Source: a virus (Duplodnaviria; Caudoviricetes). From it: a stretch of 64,000 nt of DNA. The notes beneath the pieces were generated by a model. It saw only the letters and a program-made list of their open reading frames with translations. It was not told where the DNA came from and searched no databases. How positions within the stretch are numbered: the stretch's first letter is position 1; every line of letters starts with the position of its first letter. Positions 1 through 8,341 of the stretch are shown here, piece after piece. The DNA is taken from IMG/VR virus record IMGVR_UViG_3300031998_000061, positions 6,976 through 70,975 of that record, one strand, 5' to 3'. The position numbers were made by a program, and so were the translations under genes.

Positions 1-215
1 GATTCCGGCGGCAGACATTTAATGTCTTCTTCCGAATATCCGTGAACCTTTCCGGCTTCTTCGTGATACTTGATTGTTTCGCTCAACGGATTCAAGAAAA
101 AGCACCTGTCGCAAAAGAATTTGCCGTTATCAACAAGTATCATTGCAACTTCAAAAGCCGCGCTGTCTGTAACTTCAAGCCCTGTAGTTTCTGTATCAAG
201 CCATAGAAAGCGCAT
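1..215 (-). CDS. DEDDh (DnaQ-like) 3'-5' exonuclease, runs off the window edge; not in the ORF track
   Basis: My translation from ATG at 215: MRFLWLDTETTGLEVTDSAAFEVAMILVD..., containing the ExoI motif DxETTG. Confidence 0.8.
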   Translation of the reverse strand, partial: MRFLWLDTETTGLEVTDSAAFEVAMILVDNGKFFCDRCFFLNPLSETIKYHEEAGKVHGYSEEDIKCLPPE

Positions 216-495
216 CTTCTTTCTCCTGTATTTTGGCAAGCCGCAAAATAAAGCCGTATTTTGCGTTTGCGTAGAAAATCACAAGGCAAAAATCCTTATC
301 TAACTCTCCGCCGCCTTTAAGAATTTCGCGGTTAAACTTTGCGAAAGTCTCCGCAACTTCTTGCGGCGGAACTTTGTCAGCGCATTCACAAATTTCGATT
401 TCACCTTTTGCAAATCCGTTCATATCCCAATTCTTCAGAAACTCGTCGCATTTCCCGATTCCGGCAAGAGCTTGTTTTCGTTCTGTCTCAAACAT
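196..495 (-). CDS. Hypothetical protein (99 aa)
   Basis: Tightly coupled to both flanking minus-strand genes. Confidence 0.7.
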   Translation of the reverse strand: MFETERKQALAGIGKCDEFLKNWDMNGFAKGEIEICECADKVPPQEVAETFAKFNREILKGGGELDKDFCLVIFYANAKYGFILRLAKIQEKEDALSMA

Positions 496-1503
496 TTACA
501 GCCCCTTCGACTTCGTAATGCGAACAATTTTAGAAACGCTGTCTTTTGCATATTGCTCGTAGATCCCGGCTTTTTTCAAAGCACCTGTATCAACGCGCTT
601 AGACACCTGTGTGCTTACTGTGATTTTCCAGTTTCCGCAAGTTGCAACAGCCTTAGCCGCGTCAGTTCCGTTTGAACACTGCGACATTCTTAAGATAATC
701 TGCTCTTTGATTGCATCCGACTTTTCCGAAAGTTCCTTGATTTGCGCGTCAAGCTGCTCTTTTTCGTCAAGCATTGCCTCGCATTCATCATCAAGCGTGA
801 TTTCTTCCGCCATAGGCAGAGACTTAACCAAGTCTATTTCGTTTTCGTTGCCTGTCGGTGCGGGTGCGGTGTCTGTCAAAATGTAGTTCTCCCAGAAGTC
901 AGTTTCACGCTCTACAAGCTGCGCTATAAAATCATCATTGCGCGGAATCACATAATGACGACCCTCGTATCTGTCGAAAATGAAAACGGTAAGCACAAAG
1001 TAAGAAAGCCCTGTAACTGCCATGTAATGCTGAACTTGCGCATAGTAGGAATCGGGAATTTCATCTTGTGTGAAACCGTCGCCGGTTCGTGAAGTCTTAA
1101 TTTCGTGTCCGCCAAGACCAGAGACAACACTTCCGGCGATTTCTTTTTCACCTTCAACATAAACAAGACCGTCAAAATTCGCGTTCATGAAATACCAATT
1201 TTTATTGCGGAACATGCCCGGAACGGTTTCAATTTCTATTCCAAGTTCTTCACGCGCTTTCTGCCTTACAGGATCTTCAAGAATATTTCCCCATTCTGTA
1301 GCCTTGTTGCCCTCAAAACTTGCAAAATCCTTTTTCGCAAGATAAACCGAAAGCGGTGTAGCATATTTATTCAGCCCCATGATTGCGCCAGCGTCCGAAC
1401 CGCCGATACCTGTTTTGCGCAATTCAAGCCACTGCTCATGTGTAAAACTTGACGTGTCTACAAAGCGCACGTTACCAAGCTCAACAACCTTGTCGTACAG
1501 CAT
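496..1503 (-). CDS. YqaJ/lambda-exonuclease family recombination nuclease
   Basis: WLELRKTGIGGSD, ANFDG, EIKT and YYAQVQHYMAVTG motifs. Confidence 0.92.
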   Translation of the reverse strand: MLYDKVVELGNVRFVDTSSFTHEQWLELRKTGIGGSDAGAIMGLNKYATPLSVYLAKKDFASFEGNKATEWGNILEDPVRQKAREELGIEIETVPGMFRNKNWYFMNANFDGLVYVEGEKEIAGSVVSGLGGHEIKTSRTGDGFTQDEIPDSYYAQVQHYMAVTGLSYFVLTVFIFDRYEGRHYVIPRNDDFIAQLVERETDFWENYILTDTAPAPTGNENEIDLVKSLPMAEEITLDDECEAMLDEKEQLDAQIKELSEKSDAIKEQIILRMSQCSNGTDAAKAVATCGNWKITVSTQVSKRVDTGALKKAGIYEQYAKDSVSKIVRITKSKGL

Positions 1504-2137
1504 TCTTTTCTCCTTCGCCTTTTATCATTTTCAGAACAAAATCAACGCCTTTCTGACTTACAACCGTCTTTGCATAAATGCGCTGTTTTCCGGCTGCGTC
1601 CGTGAAAGTTGATTCAATCAGTCTGAAATAGCCGCGTTCAACATATTCCTGATAAGGGCTGTTGTTGCCCATCAGAACCCTTTTGTCTTTCAAAAACTTA
1701 AACAAGTTGTTACGTCCGTAACCTTTCACGCATAAAGTCTTTGAAACCTGCTCAAAATCAAGCCAGTCTTTGCTTTCCGCAACCGCATCAAAAAACTCAA
1801 CTTTCGGCTGCTGTTCAATCAGCTTGCATTCAGCTACTTCCGCTCTCTGCTTGTAAGTCTGAACACGCCGCTCAAGAATCTGATAAGCGTGAAGAATAAC
1901 GGCGTTTTCCTCGATGTCTGTCATTGCAGAATCAATCTGACGGCTTGCCAGATTGTGATGCCGCTGAATTTCTTGCTTAATCAGAGTTGCCTGGTTTTCG
2001 CTGAAAACCCTTGATTCTCCGCCGTTGATAACCCTACGCACTACTGCGGAAGGGTCTAAAACCCTGTTTGCTGCTCTTGTGATTGTGTCAGTAGACACAT
2101 TCAGAGTTTCAGCAAGTTCTCTTGTTGTCATTTCCAT
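1481..2137 (-). CDS. Phage antirepressor with C-terminal KilAC/ANT domain (likely start 2137; ORF track opens at 2221)
   Basis: PKVEFFDAV...GRNNLFKFL...PYQEYVERGYF...KTVVSQKG. Confidence 0.85.
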   Translation of the reverse strand: MEMTTRELAETLNVSTDTITRAANRVLDPSAVVRRVINGGESRVFSENQATLIKQEIQRHHNLASRQIDSAMTDIEENAVILHAYQILERRVQTYKQRAEVAECKLIEQQPKVEFFDAVAESKDWLDFEQVSKTLCVKGYGRNNLFKFLKDKRVLMGNNSPYQEYVERGYFRLIESTFTDAAGKQRIYAKTVVSQKGVDFVLKMIKGEGEKNAVRQGC

Positions 2138-2294
2138 AAGCCGCCATCTTCTTTTTGCAAAGTTTACGGAACATAAGTTCTGCCGCCTGGTTCTTGCATC
2201 CTGTTGCTTCAAGCAATGCACTGTGAAGGTCTTTTGACGTATATTCTCTGTCAGTTGTTACGACAAACACGCCGTTTTCTCTGCGGATTTTCAT
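2109..2294 (-). CDS. Hypothetical protein (61 aa)
   Basis: ATGA-type coupling with the upstream gene. Confidence 0.6.
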   Translation of the reverse strand: MKIRRENGVFVVTTDREYTSKDLHSALLEATGCKNQAAELMFRKLCKKKMAAYGNDNKRTC

Positions 2295-3076
2295 TGCTCG
2301 CCGCCTTGCATACTCAAGAGTGTTTCCTCAACCTGTACGAGCCTGTCTTGCAGACGTTCGATTGTCGTTTCAAGCCTTCTCTTTTCACGGCGCAACTGTT
2401 CGGGATTCTCAAGGTCGTCGTCAGCAGCTTTAGCTTTTTGTGTCGCAATAGCCTTGACCTGTTCAACGGTTTTTCCTTCATCCGCTGCCTGTTGTGCCGC
2501 ATTGCGGATCATTACGTCTTTTGCGGAATTGACGGCTTTTGAAATTTCATCTGAATTGCCGTCCGACATCTTGCAGAGGTCTTGTGCTTTTTTGCGCGTT
2601 ATCTGAATGTCATGCTCAATGACATCTTCAACGCGGTCGCCGTTCTCGCGGCAGCTTTCATAGATTTTGGAAATGACTTCACCGAGTTTCTGTTGAAGTT
2701 CAGAAATTGACTTTTCAATTTCTTTCGCTTCGTCAATCAGCTTTTGAGTTTCAACGCTTCTGGTTCTTGAATAAAAACCGAGTTCAACGGCTTTATCCAG
2801 AAGGTCATAGAATGTTGACCAGAACAAGCCGGAATGTGCTTTAGCAGTTTTAACGCCTTTTTCGGTAGTCAGAATGTGGTGGGTGAGTTCATGTACAGCC
2901 GTGTACATCAGCTCGTTTTCGTTTTTGAAATTTCTGTTATGCAAGAAAATCTCGCAAGTGTTCGGGCGGTAAAAACCGTTCACCTTGCTTGACTGCTTGC
3001 CGGTCATTGTAACTGAAAAGTCAGTCTTGCAGCAGAAAAGCTTTTGAAGATTGCTTTTGATTTCTCCGTTATTCAT
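2291..3076 (-). CDS. SprT/ImmA-like zinc metalloprotease domain plus coiled coil
   Basis: VNGFY...TAVHELTHH (HExxH) and a downstream His in KAHSGLFW. Confidence 0.7.
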   Translation of the reverse strand: MNNGEIKSNLQKLFCCKTDFSVTMTGKQSSKVNGFYRPNTCEIFLHNRNFKNENELMYTAVHELTHHILTTEKGVKTAKAHSGLFWSTFYDLLDKAVELGFYSRTRSVETQKLIDEAKEIEKSISELQQKLGEVISKIYESCRENGDRVEDVIEHDIQITRKKAQDLCKMSDGNSDEISKAVNSAKDVMIRNAAQQAADEGKTVEQVKAIATQKAKAADDDLENPEQLRREKRRLETTIERLQDRLVQVEETLLSMQGGEQ

Positions 3077-3097
3077 TTTCTAACCCTTGCTTAAAAG

Positions 3098-3234
3098 AAA
3101 AGGGATTGTCCTGCACGTTTGAACAATCCCTTTTGAAAACTTACAGAGGATTCTCTGCAAGACCGCGCAAGCGGTTTAGAAAACGTGCTAGTCTAAACAG
3201 CTCGCAAAGATTCGACTTTTACGAATCTCAAGTT
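3098..3234 (-). ncRNA. Structured 5' leader (five hairpins ending in a terminator-like stem)
   Basis: Hairpins at 3208-3228, 3174-3198, 3163-3174, 3141-3160 and 3098-3134, lying between a promoter and the first gene. Confidence 0.55.
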
Positions 3235-3240
3235 ATTTAG

Positions 3241-3269
3241 ACTATAAGTCTTAATTACTACATTGTCAA
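3241..3269 (-). promoter_or_regulatory. Sigma70-type promoter of the early leftward operon
   Basis: TTGACA-17 bp-TATAGT on the minus strand. Confidence 0.8.
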
Positions 3270-3325
3270 TATCTTTTTTCAATTTCCACCCCAAATTCTG
3301 AAAAAAAAAATGAAAAAATTTTTTC

Positions 3326-3441
3326 TGGTTGCCAAGTGGTTGCCAAAATGTTGTCAACGATGTGCATTTTGGTTGCCATTCGCCTATACTATTCTCTCCT
3401 ATACTTAACTATACTATCCTATACTATACTATACTATACTA
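3326..3441. repeat. TGGTTGCCA repeats (3326, 3337, 3370) followed by a (CTATA)n tract
   Basis: Visible directly in the sequence. Confidence 0.85.
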
Positions 3442-3445
3442 CGCA

Positions 3446-3646
3446 CCCACAAAATATTTTATGGTTTACCAATTTTACCCATTTACAAACCAAAAACACC
3501 CAGATTCTGTCATTAAAAAACCAATAATATTTTTATGGAAACCATGATATATTTTTATGCCGTCACATTGCAACCATAATATTTTATATGGTTTATATAT
3601 TATAACCAAAATATATTTTATGGTTTACCAATAAAATTAAATTGGA
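3446..3646. repeat. Six degenerate 20-bp palindromes, consensus ACCATAAAATATTTTATGGT
   Basis: Copies start at 3446, 3520, 3541, 3573, 3605 and 3627. Confidence 0.8.
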
Positions 3647-4943
3647 AACCGTAAGTTATAAAATGGGAAAAGTTGCCGAAAAAATAATCATGCAAAGAAA
3701 ATACCCGAAAAACAGAGAAAATCTTGAGTTCTATATACAAGGTTTGATTGAAAGAAGGTTTACTTTAAGGCAGGTTTCGTATATCACCAAGTATACAACA
3801 AGGCAGCTTACACGGCTAAAAAGCAGATATGCCGCAAAGGGAAAAGCCGCTTTTATCAATGGTCATAGAGGTCTTAAATCAAAAACCAAAGTGCCGGAAC
3901 GGATGAAGAATCAAATCGTAAACGTCTACAAAACGGAATTTCTGAACTTCAATTTTAACTTTTTCGCGGCGGCTCTGCATGAATTTTATGACATACACTA
4001 CTCATACAGCACCATATATAAGATACTCGCCGAAGCCGGGATTGAATCGCCGGAGAAACATCATAAGAAGAAAAAAGACAAAATTCACAGACCGCGCTAC
4101 AGAAGGGAATGCGGCGGCGATCTAGTACAGATTGACGCAACGCCTTATCAGTGGTTTAGCTGGTGCGGCGATAACACGTATTATGCACTTCACGGCGCAA
4201 TCGACGATGCAGAAGAAAGAATTACAGGCTTGTGCATGACCGAAAATGAATGCAGTTACGGCTATTACGAGATTCTTTCACAAACTATAGAACGGCACGG
4301 CTTGATGTTTGATATTTATTCAGACCGTTCAGCAATTTTCTGCGCTACGCCGAAAGAAAAAGACAAGCTCACAGTACAGGAACAATTAGCCGGATTGCAT
4401 GAGAAACGCACACAATGGCAGCGCATTTTGACTGATTTCCGCATAAACCAGATTCTTGCATGGTCGCCGCAAGCAAAAGGACGTGTTGAACGCATGTGGA
4501 AGACCTTACAAGGTCGCTTGCCGTGGTATTTCAAACATTACAAAATAAAGACGGTTGAAGCGGCAAATATTTTCCTTAAAGAACATTATATTGATATTTT
4601 CAACAAGGAATTTTCTATAAAAAGAGAAAAGAAAGCCGTATGGAGAATTCCGCCTGTTAATTGGCGTGATTTAATCTGCTCGCGCTTTGACAGAACCACA
4701 AACAGTGCCGGTGTTATTTCTTTTCAAGGCTATAAGTTCCAGATTGAAGCAAGAGATTGCGCCCGGAAAAAGATAGAGCTTTGCATTTACAAAGACTGCA
4801 TAAAGGCATACATGGACGGCAAATTTTACGCCGTAAGGCTGCTTGATGAGCTTACTGACGGAATCGGCGAAACTATGAGCGTCTCGCTTAAAAATCTGAT
4901 TTACCAATACATGTATTCTGACGCAAAGCAGATAAGCGCATAA
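3642..4943 (+). CDS. DDE transposase, ISNCY/IS1202(IS481)-like
   Basis: N-terminal HTH; HRPRYRRECGGDLVQIDAT (D), YSDRSAIF (D), QAKGRVERMWKTLQGRL (E). Confidence 0.9.
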   Translation: METVSYKMGKVAEKIIMQRKYPKNRENLEFYIQGLIERRFTLRQVSYITKYTTRQLTRLKSRYAAKGKAAFINGHRGLKSKTKVPERMKNQIVNVYKTEFLNFNFNFFAAALHEFYDIHYSYSTIYKILAEAGIESPEKHHKKKKDKIHRPRYRRECGGDLVQIDATPYQWFSWCGDNTYYALHGAIDDAEERITGLCMTENECSYGYYEILSQTIERHGLMFDIYSDRSAIFCATPKEKDKLTVQEQLAGLHEKRTQWQRILTDFRINQILAWSPQAKGRVERMWKTLQGRLPWYFKHYKIKTVEAANIFLKEHYIDIFNKEFSIKREKKAVWRIPPVNWRDLICSRFDRTTNSAGVISFQGYKFQIEARDCARKKIELCIYKDCIKAYMDGKFYAVRLLDELTDGIGETMSVSLKNLIYQYMYSDAKQISA

Positions 4944-4983
4944 AAAAAAGAAGCCCGGCAGCTTGACCGATTGCCGGACTTCT
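4942..4983 (-). terminator. Intrinsic terminator ending the lysis cassette
   Basis: 12-bp stem with one G.U pair followed by a U8 tract on the minus strand. Confidence 0.8.
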
Positions 4984-5068
4984 AAGGTTTAGAAAAAGAA
5001 AAGAGCTGTTTTTCAGCTACAAGCATATTGTAGCGTATTGTTCAAAAAAATCTCAATAAAGCTGTATA

Positions 5069-5470
5069 TTACAGCATTTTGATGATTCTTTTGCTTACAG
5101 GTTTTCCGAGCTTTACAGTTCTTGAAGAACCGAACGGATCATAAATAACTTTGCCGTTGCTTGTAACAACGAAATGCGCGTATGTGATACCTGTCTCGCA
5201 ATACTCATATCTTGTAACTTCATACTCATTCTGCTTGAGCTGATAACCGACGGCGGCATGGAAAACATCAGCCTTATTGCCGGTTATTTCTTTTATGATT
5301 TCAGCAGGTTTCGCAACATAGCAATCAGCTTCTATCCAGCCTTTTGACAGAGCCTTTTCATAAAAGCGAACGACGTCAGTTTTCTTTCCCGCAATCTGAT
5401 TCGCAACATGAATAAGACAGAGAAAGTAACAACCGCTCGCGCCGATTTTCTTACATATCGCTTGTGTCAT
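5069..5470 (-). CDS. Papain/C39-like cysteine peptidase (DUF261-like), candidate endolysin (ORF track opens at 5521)
   Basis: GCYF...HFVV...YDP Cys/His/Asp arrangement; directly follows a holin-like gene; GGGGG SD before ATG 5470. Confidence 0.6.
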   Translation of the reverse strand: MTQAICKKIGASGCYFLCLIHVANQIAGKKTDVVRFYEKALSKGWIEADCYVAKPAEIIKEITGNKADVFHAAVGYQLKQNEYEVTRYEYCETGITYAHFVVTSNGKVIYDPFGSSRTVKLGKPVSKRIIKML

Positions 5471-5756
5471 GACCGCCCCCATTGAAAGAACCTCTTGAAA
5501 TGTTCTTAATAACCGAATCAAACCCTTGTATCAATGTCTGATAGCTGATTTGCACAGTTCCTAAAGTCAAGAGACTGCCGATAACCCATACAGGCAGCAG
5601 CTCAGCTGCAAGGTAGCAGCCGATGCAAATAGGTATCATGATATAAGCCCATATTTTTTTATTGCTGAAATTGAGAAAGTTTTTCAGCCATTCAACAATT
5701 CCTACCGTTGCGAAAGCGGCACAAGCTACTTTGCAAATAAACATTGTGTTAAGCAT
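5451..5756 (-). CDS. Putative holin
   Basis: About 100 aa with 2-3 hydrophobic segments, upstream of the peptidase; SD before ATG 5756. Confidence 0.6.
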   Translation of the reverse strand: MLNTMFICKVACAAFATVGIVEWLKNFLNFSNKKIWAYIMIPICIGCYLAAELLPVWVIGSLLTLGTVQISYQTLIQGFDSVIKNISRGSFNGGGHDTSDM

Positions 5757-6360
5757 TCTTTTCCCCCTGCCAACCGGCAATATCCCTTGCGCTTTTGTAT
5801 ATTTCACCGAAAAAGTCTTTTGTCTCGTCGTAAGAAATCTTCGTCATAATATCCGGCAGGTTATATTGCGGAAGTTTGTCATTGAATATGTAAAGCCTTT
5901 CCCTTACAAGCGCGTAATAAGCCTTAGACTTTGCGCTTGTATATTGGTCTAGCTCTGCATTGCTTTTGCTCGTAATATGATTTCTGGTAAAATCATTTTT
6001 CAACTCATAATTGAGCCTGTCTGAAATTCGGTACGTTATAAGCTCAAAAATTATTTTGTCAGACTGATTGGTGATATTCAGTTCTCGTAAACCAATCTCA
6101 TAAAGCTTTGCTCTCCATCCTTTTATAAGCAGCTTTGCAACTTGCGACTGGTTATCAACCAAGTCTTTTCCTTCTGCAATGTAACGCTCTTTGATTTCCG
6201 GCTTGATCTCGTTTATCTCAAAAAACTTCGTCTTTATATTCTTTTTCCATAGAAGAATGAATACACCGCAAATAATCAGCATAAGCACAACCAAAACAAC
6301 CATCGAAATTAAGCCAATTACAACCCACCCTGTAGACGGAATAGAATTTAAGCTTTCCAT
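5749..6360 (-). CDS. N-terminally anchored membrane protein of the lysis cassette
   Basis: Long hydrophobic stretch WVVIGLISMVVLVVLMLIICGVFILLW followed by KK. Confidence 0.7.
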   Translation of the reverse strand: MESLNSIPSTGWVVIGLISMVVLVVLMLIICGVFILLWKKNIKTKFFEINEIKPEIKERYIAEGKDLVDNQSQVAKLLIKGWRAKLYEIGLRELNITNQSDKIIFELITYRISDRLNYELKNDFTRNHITSKSNAELDQYTSAKSKAYYALVRERLYIFNDKLPQYNLPDIMTKISYDETKDFFGEIYKSARDIAGWQGEKNA

Positions 6361-6377
6361 TAGACACCCCCTGTAGC

Positions 6378-6415
6378 AAAAAAAAGAGAGCCGAGGAATA
6401 AACCCCGGCTCTCTT
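6378..6415 (-). terminator. Intrinsic terminator just upstream of the lysis cassette
   Basis: AAGAGAGCCG/CGGCTCTCTT stem plus U8. Confidence 0.8.
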
Positions 6416-6433
6416 ATCGATGATACCGCTTTA

Positions 6434-6462
6434 ATTATAATTTACGGCGCAAATATTGACAA
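6434..6462 (-). promoter_or_regulatory. Sigma70-type promoter
   Basis: TTGTCA-17 bp-TATAAT. Confidence 0.7.
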
Positions 6463-6471
6463 TAAAGGCTT

Positions 6472-6756
6472 TTAAGCCAGTATCTTTTCAATTTCTTTAA
6501 CCGTAAAACCAAGACGGAAAAGCTGCGCATTCTTGTCTTCAACTTCTTCAAATTGATAAAACTTGTCGTCTTCGCTAAGAACACGGTGCTTTACGTCATT
6601 AACGCCGTCAGATTCGCTTTTCAGCTCTTTCTTCTTTTCCCAGATAAACCTGTTGGCAAGCAAACCGCGCAAAGCCTTTTTAGTCTGTTCTGGATAAAGC
6701 TGCAAGCAATTCAAATAATCCTGCTTTGTAGCAAAGCTTTCTGGAAAACCTCTCAT
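6472..6756 (-). CDS. Hypothetical protein (94 aa), last gene after the DGR cassette
   Basis: GGGG SD; plausible globular composition. Confidence 0.75.
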   Translation of the reverse strand: MRGFPESFATKQDYLNCLQLYPEQTKKALRGLLANRFIWEKKKELKSESDGVNDVKHRVLSEDDKFYQFEEVEDKNAQLFRLGFTVKEIEKILA

Positions 6757-6772
6757 ATTAACCCCCTGTACC

Positions 6773-7072
6773 TTATGAGAATGTGTAATATTTATCTATT
6801 TTCTTTACCATTGTTATAAATGGCAATTTATCGCTGTATTTTTCAAGCATACTGATAATAACGCTGCTGCCGGTGAAGAATATCCTCTTACGCTCATCGT
6901 TTTCTTCGTAGAATTGTACCGTAGCGCATTTATTGCAACCTCTTTCAAATTTTGATTGCCGTATTTTGAAAGCATGAATTATAATTTCTTTGTTCAAGAT
7001 ACTGTCAATTCTTACTTTCTCGCCGTCGAGCACCATTTCTTCTTTTTCTGCAAAATCGCTGAATCTATGCAT
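6773..7072 (-). CDS. Hypothetical beta-rich protein coupled to the RT (candidate DGR accessory)
   Basis: Start overlaps the RT stop by 8 nt; alternating hydrophobic strand pattern rather than an Avd helical bundle. Confidence 0.75.
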   Translation of the reverse strand: MHRFSDFAEKEEMVLDGEKVRIDSILNKEIIIHAFKIRQSKFERGCNKCATVQFYEENDERKRIFFTGSSVIISMLEKYSDKLPFITMVKKIDKYYTFS

Positions 7073-8072
7073 AAACTCTCCTCAATGCCTCTAAATCCAT
7101 TGCAATCTGCAAATTATGTGTTTTTGCGTGCTTTATCCAGCCGCGTACGCTCTCAACTTTTGACCGTAGTTTTTCTTTTGAAATTCTGTTTTCTTGATAC
7201 AGCTTCGCCAATTTTCTGACTTTTCTCAGCTGCCGTTTTGCCGTAGATTTTCTAAGCAGAATATAATTCTTGAAATGCCGGTAACCGCAAAAATCTACGC
7301 CCTGTTTTACGTTAAAAACATCGCTTTTGGAATATTCAAGCTCAAGTTCTTTAAGCAGAAATTCCTGTATCTTAACCCTGCAATAATGCAGGTATTTTTT
7401 GTCATTGCCGAAAAGCATGAAATCATCGCAATAGCGTATGTAATCTTTAATTTTAAGAGTATGTTTTACGTACATATCAAGTTTTGTAAGGTAGAAATTG
7501 CCGAACCATTGGCTTGTATAATTTCCTATAGGAACGTTCTTTTCACCTGGAAAACTGAAAATAATATCATCAAGCAGAAATAGCAGATCCTTGTCTTTGA
7601 TTTTTTCATGAAACATTTTTGATAGAATGCTTTGATTTATTGAAGGGTAGAATTTCCTTATATCACATTTCAAGCAATATTTATTTCTTCTAATGGCTTG
7701 CATTGTACGCATACTTGCCTTGTGCTGTCCTCTGCCGCTTATACATGCGTAGCTGTCTTTTATAAATAATTTCTCCATTAAAGGCGCAAGTATGTTCATT
7801 ATTGCATGTTGCACGATTCTGTCCTGAAACGGCAGAATATAAATTGTTCTCTTTTTGGGTTCAAATATTTCTTTATGCCTGTATTCCGAAGTTGTGAATG
7901 TCTTATTGATAACGGATTGTCTGATTTCTTCTAGCTTGCGTTCCGCGTCCTTTTCAAATTCTCTGACATCTCTTCTTCTGGTCTTTCCTTTCCGTGCATT
8001 CTTATAGGCAAGGTCAAAGTTCTCTTTCGTGATTATCTGTACCCAGAGATTTTTATATGTTTTCATTCGCAC
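7065..8072 (-). CDS. DGR reverse transcriptase
   Basis: KRTIYILPFQDRIVQHA, LKCDIRKFYPSI, VPIGNYTSQWFGN (SQ motif), YIRYCDD, GVDFCGY; no endonuclease or X domain. Confidence 0.96.
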   Translation of the reverse strand: MRMKTYKNLWVQIITKENFDLAYKNARKGKTRRRDVREFEKDAERKLEEIRQSVINKTFTTSEYRHKEIFEPKKRTIYILPFQDRIVQHAIMNILAPLMEKLFIKDSYACISGRGQHKASMRTMQAIRRNKYCLKCDIRKFYPSINQSILSKMFHEKIKDKDLLFLLDDIIFSFPGEKNVPIGNYTSQWFGNFYLTKLDMYVKHTLKIKDYIRYCDDFMLFGNDKKYLHYCRVKIQEFLLKELELEYSKSDVFNVKQGVDFCGYRHFKNYILLRKSTAKRQLRKVRKLAKLYQENRISKEKLRSKVESVRGWIKHAKTHNLQIAMDLEALRRVYA

Positions 8073-8202
8073 CCCCTTAAAAAATGGTTATTCCAGTATT
8101 CGATTAAAAACCTACTAACTGGAATAACTCTTCCGTTTTCGTATTTGGGCATTCCGCCACAGGTCAGATGTTCAGCCGGAGTTCTCAACCCCAAACTCCG
8201 TA

Positions 8203-8318
8203 TCACCTCGCGCCCCGCATTATTCGCATTCGCATTCGAACGCGCATTATTCGAATTGCGCGTACGAGACCCGCAAGACGTGGAATTATTCCAATTACCG
8301 CCGCCAAGCAAAGCCGTA
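8203..8318 (-). repeat. DGR template repeat (TR), 116 bp
   Basis: AAT-rich copy of the VR; reads ALLGGGNWNNSTSCGSRTRNSNNARSNANANNAGR. Confidence 0.96.
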
Positions 8319-8341
8319 CTTAACACCTAACCCCAAAAGAA

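Noticed and set aside
3329-3547. Plus-strand ORFs reading YTILYYTILYY
   Set aside because: Artefacts of the (CTATA)n repeat
3300-5060. Complete IS element with terminal inverted repeats
   Set aside because: No matching right end or target duplication found around the transposase
7065-8072. RT as a group II intron, retron or Abi RT
   Set aside because: It has the SQ motif, is only 335 aa with no maturase or endonuclease domain, and has an adjacent adenine-specific TR/VR pair, all pointing to a DGR
8063-8326. 87-aa ORF spanning the TR as a protein gene
   Set aside because: It is the Asn-rich reading of the template repeat, which is naturally stop-free; translation is not excluded but unsupported
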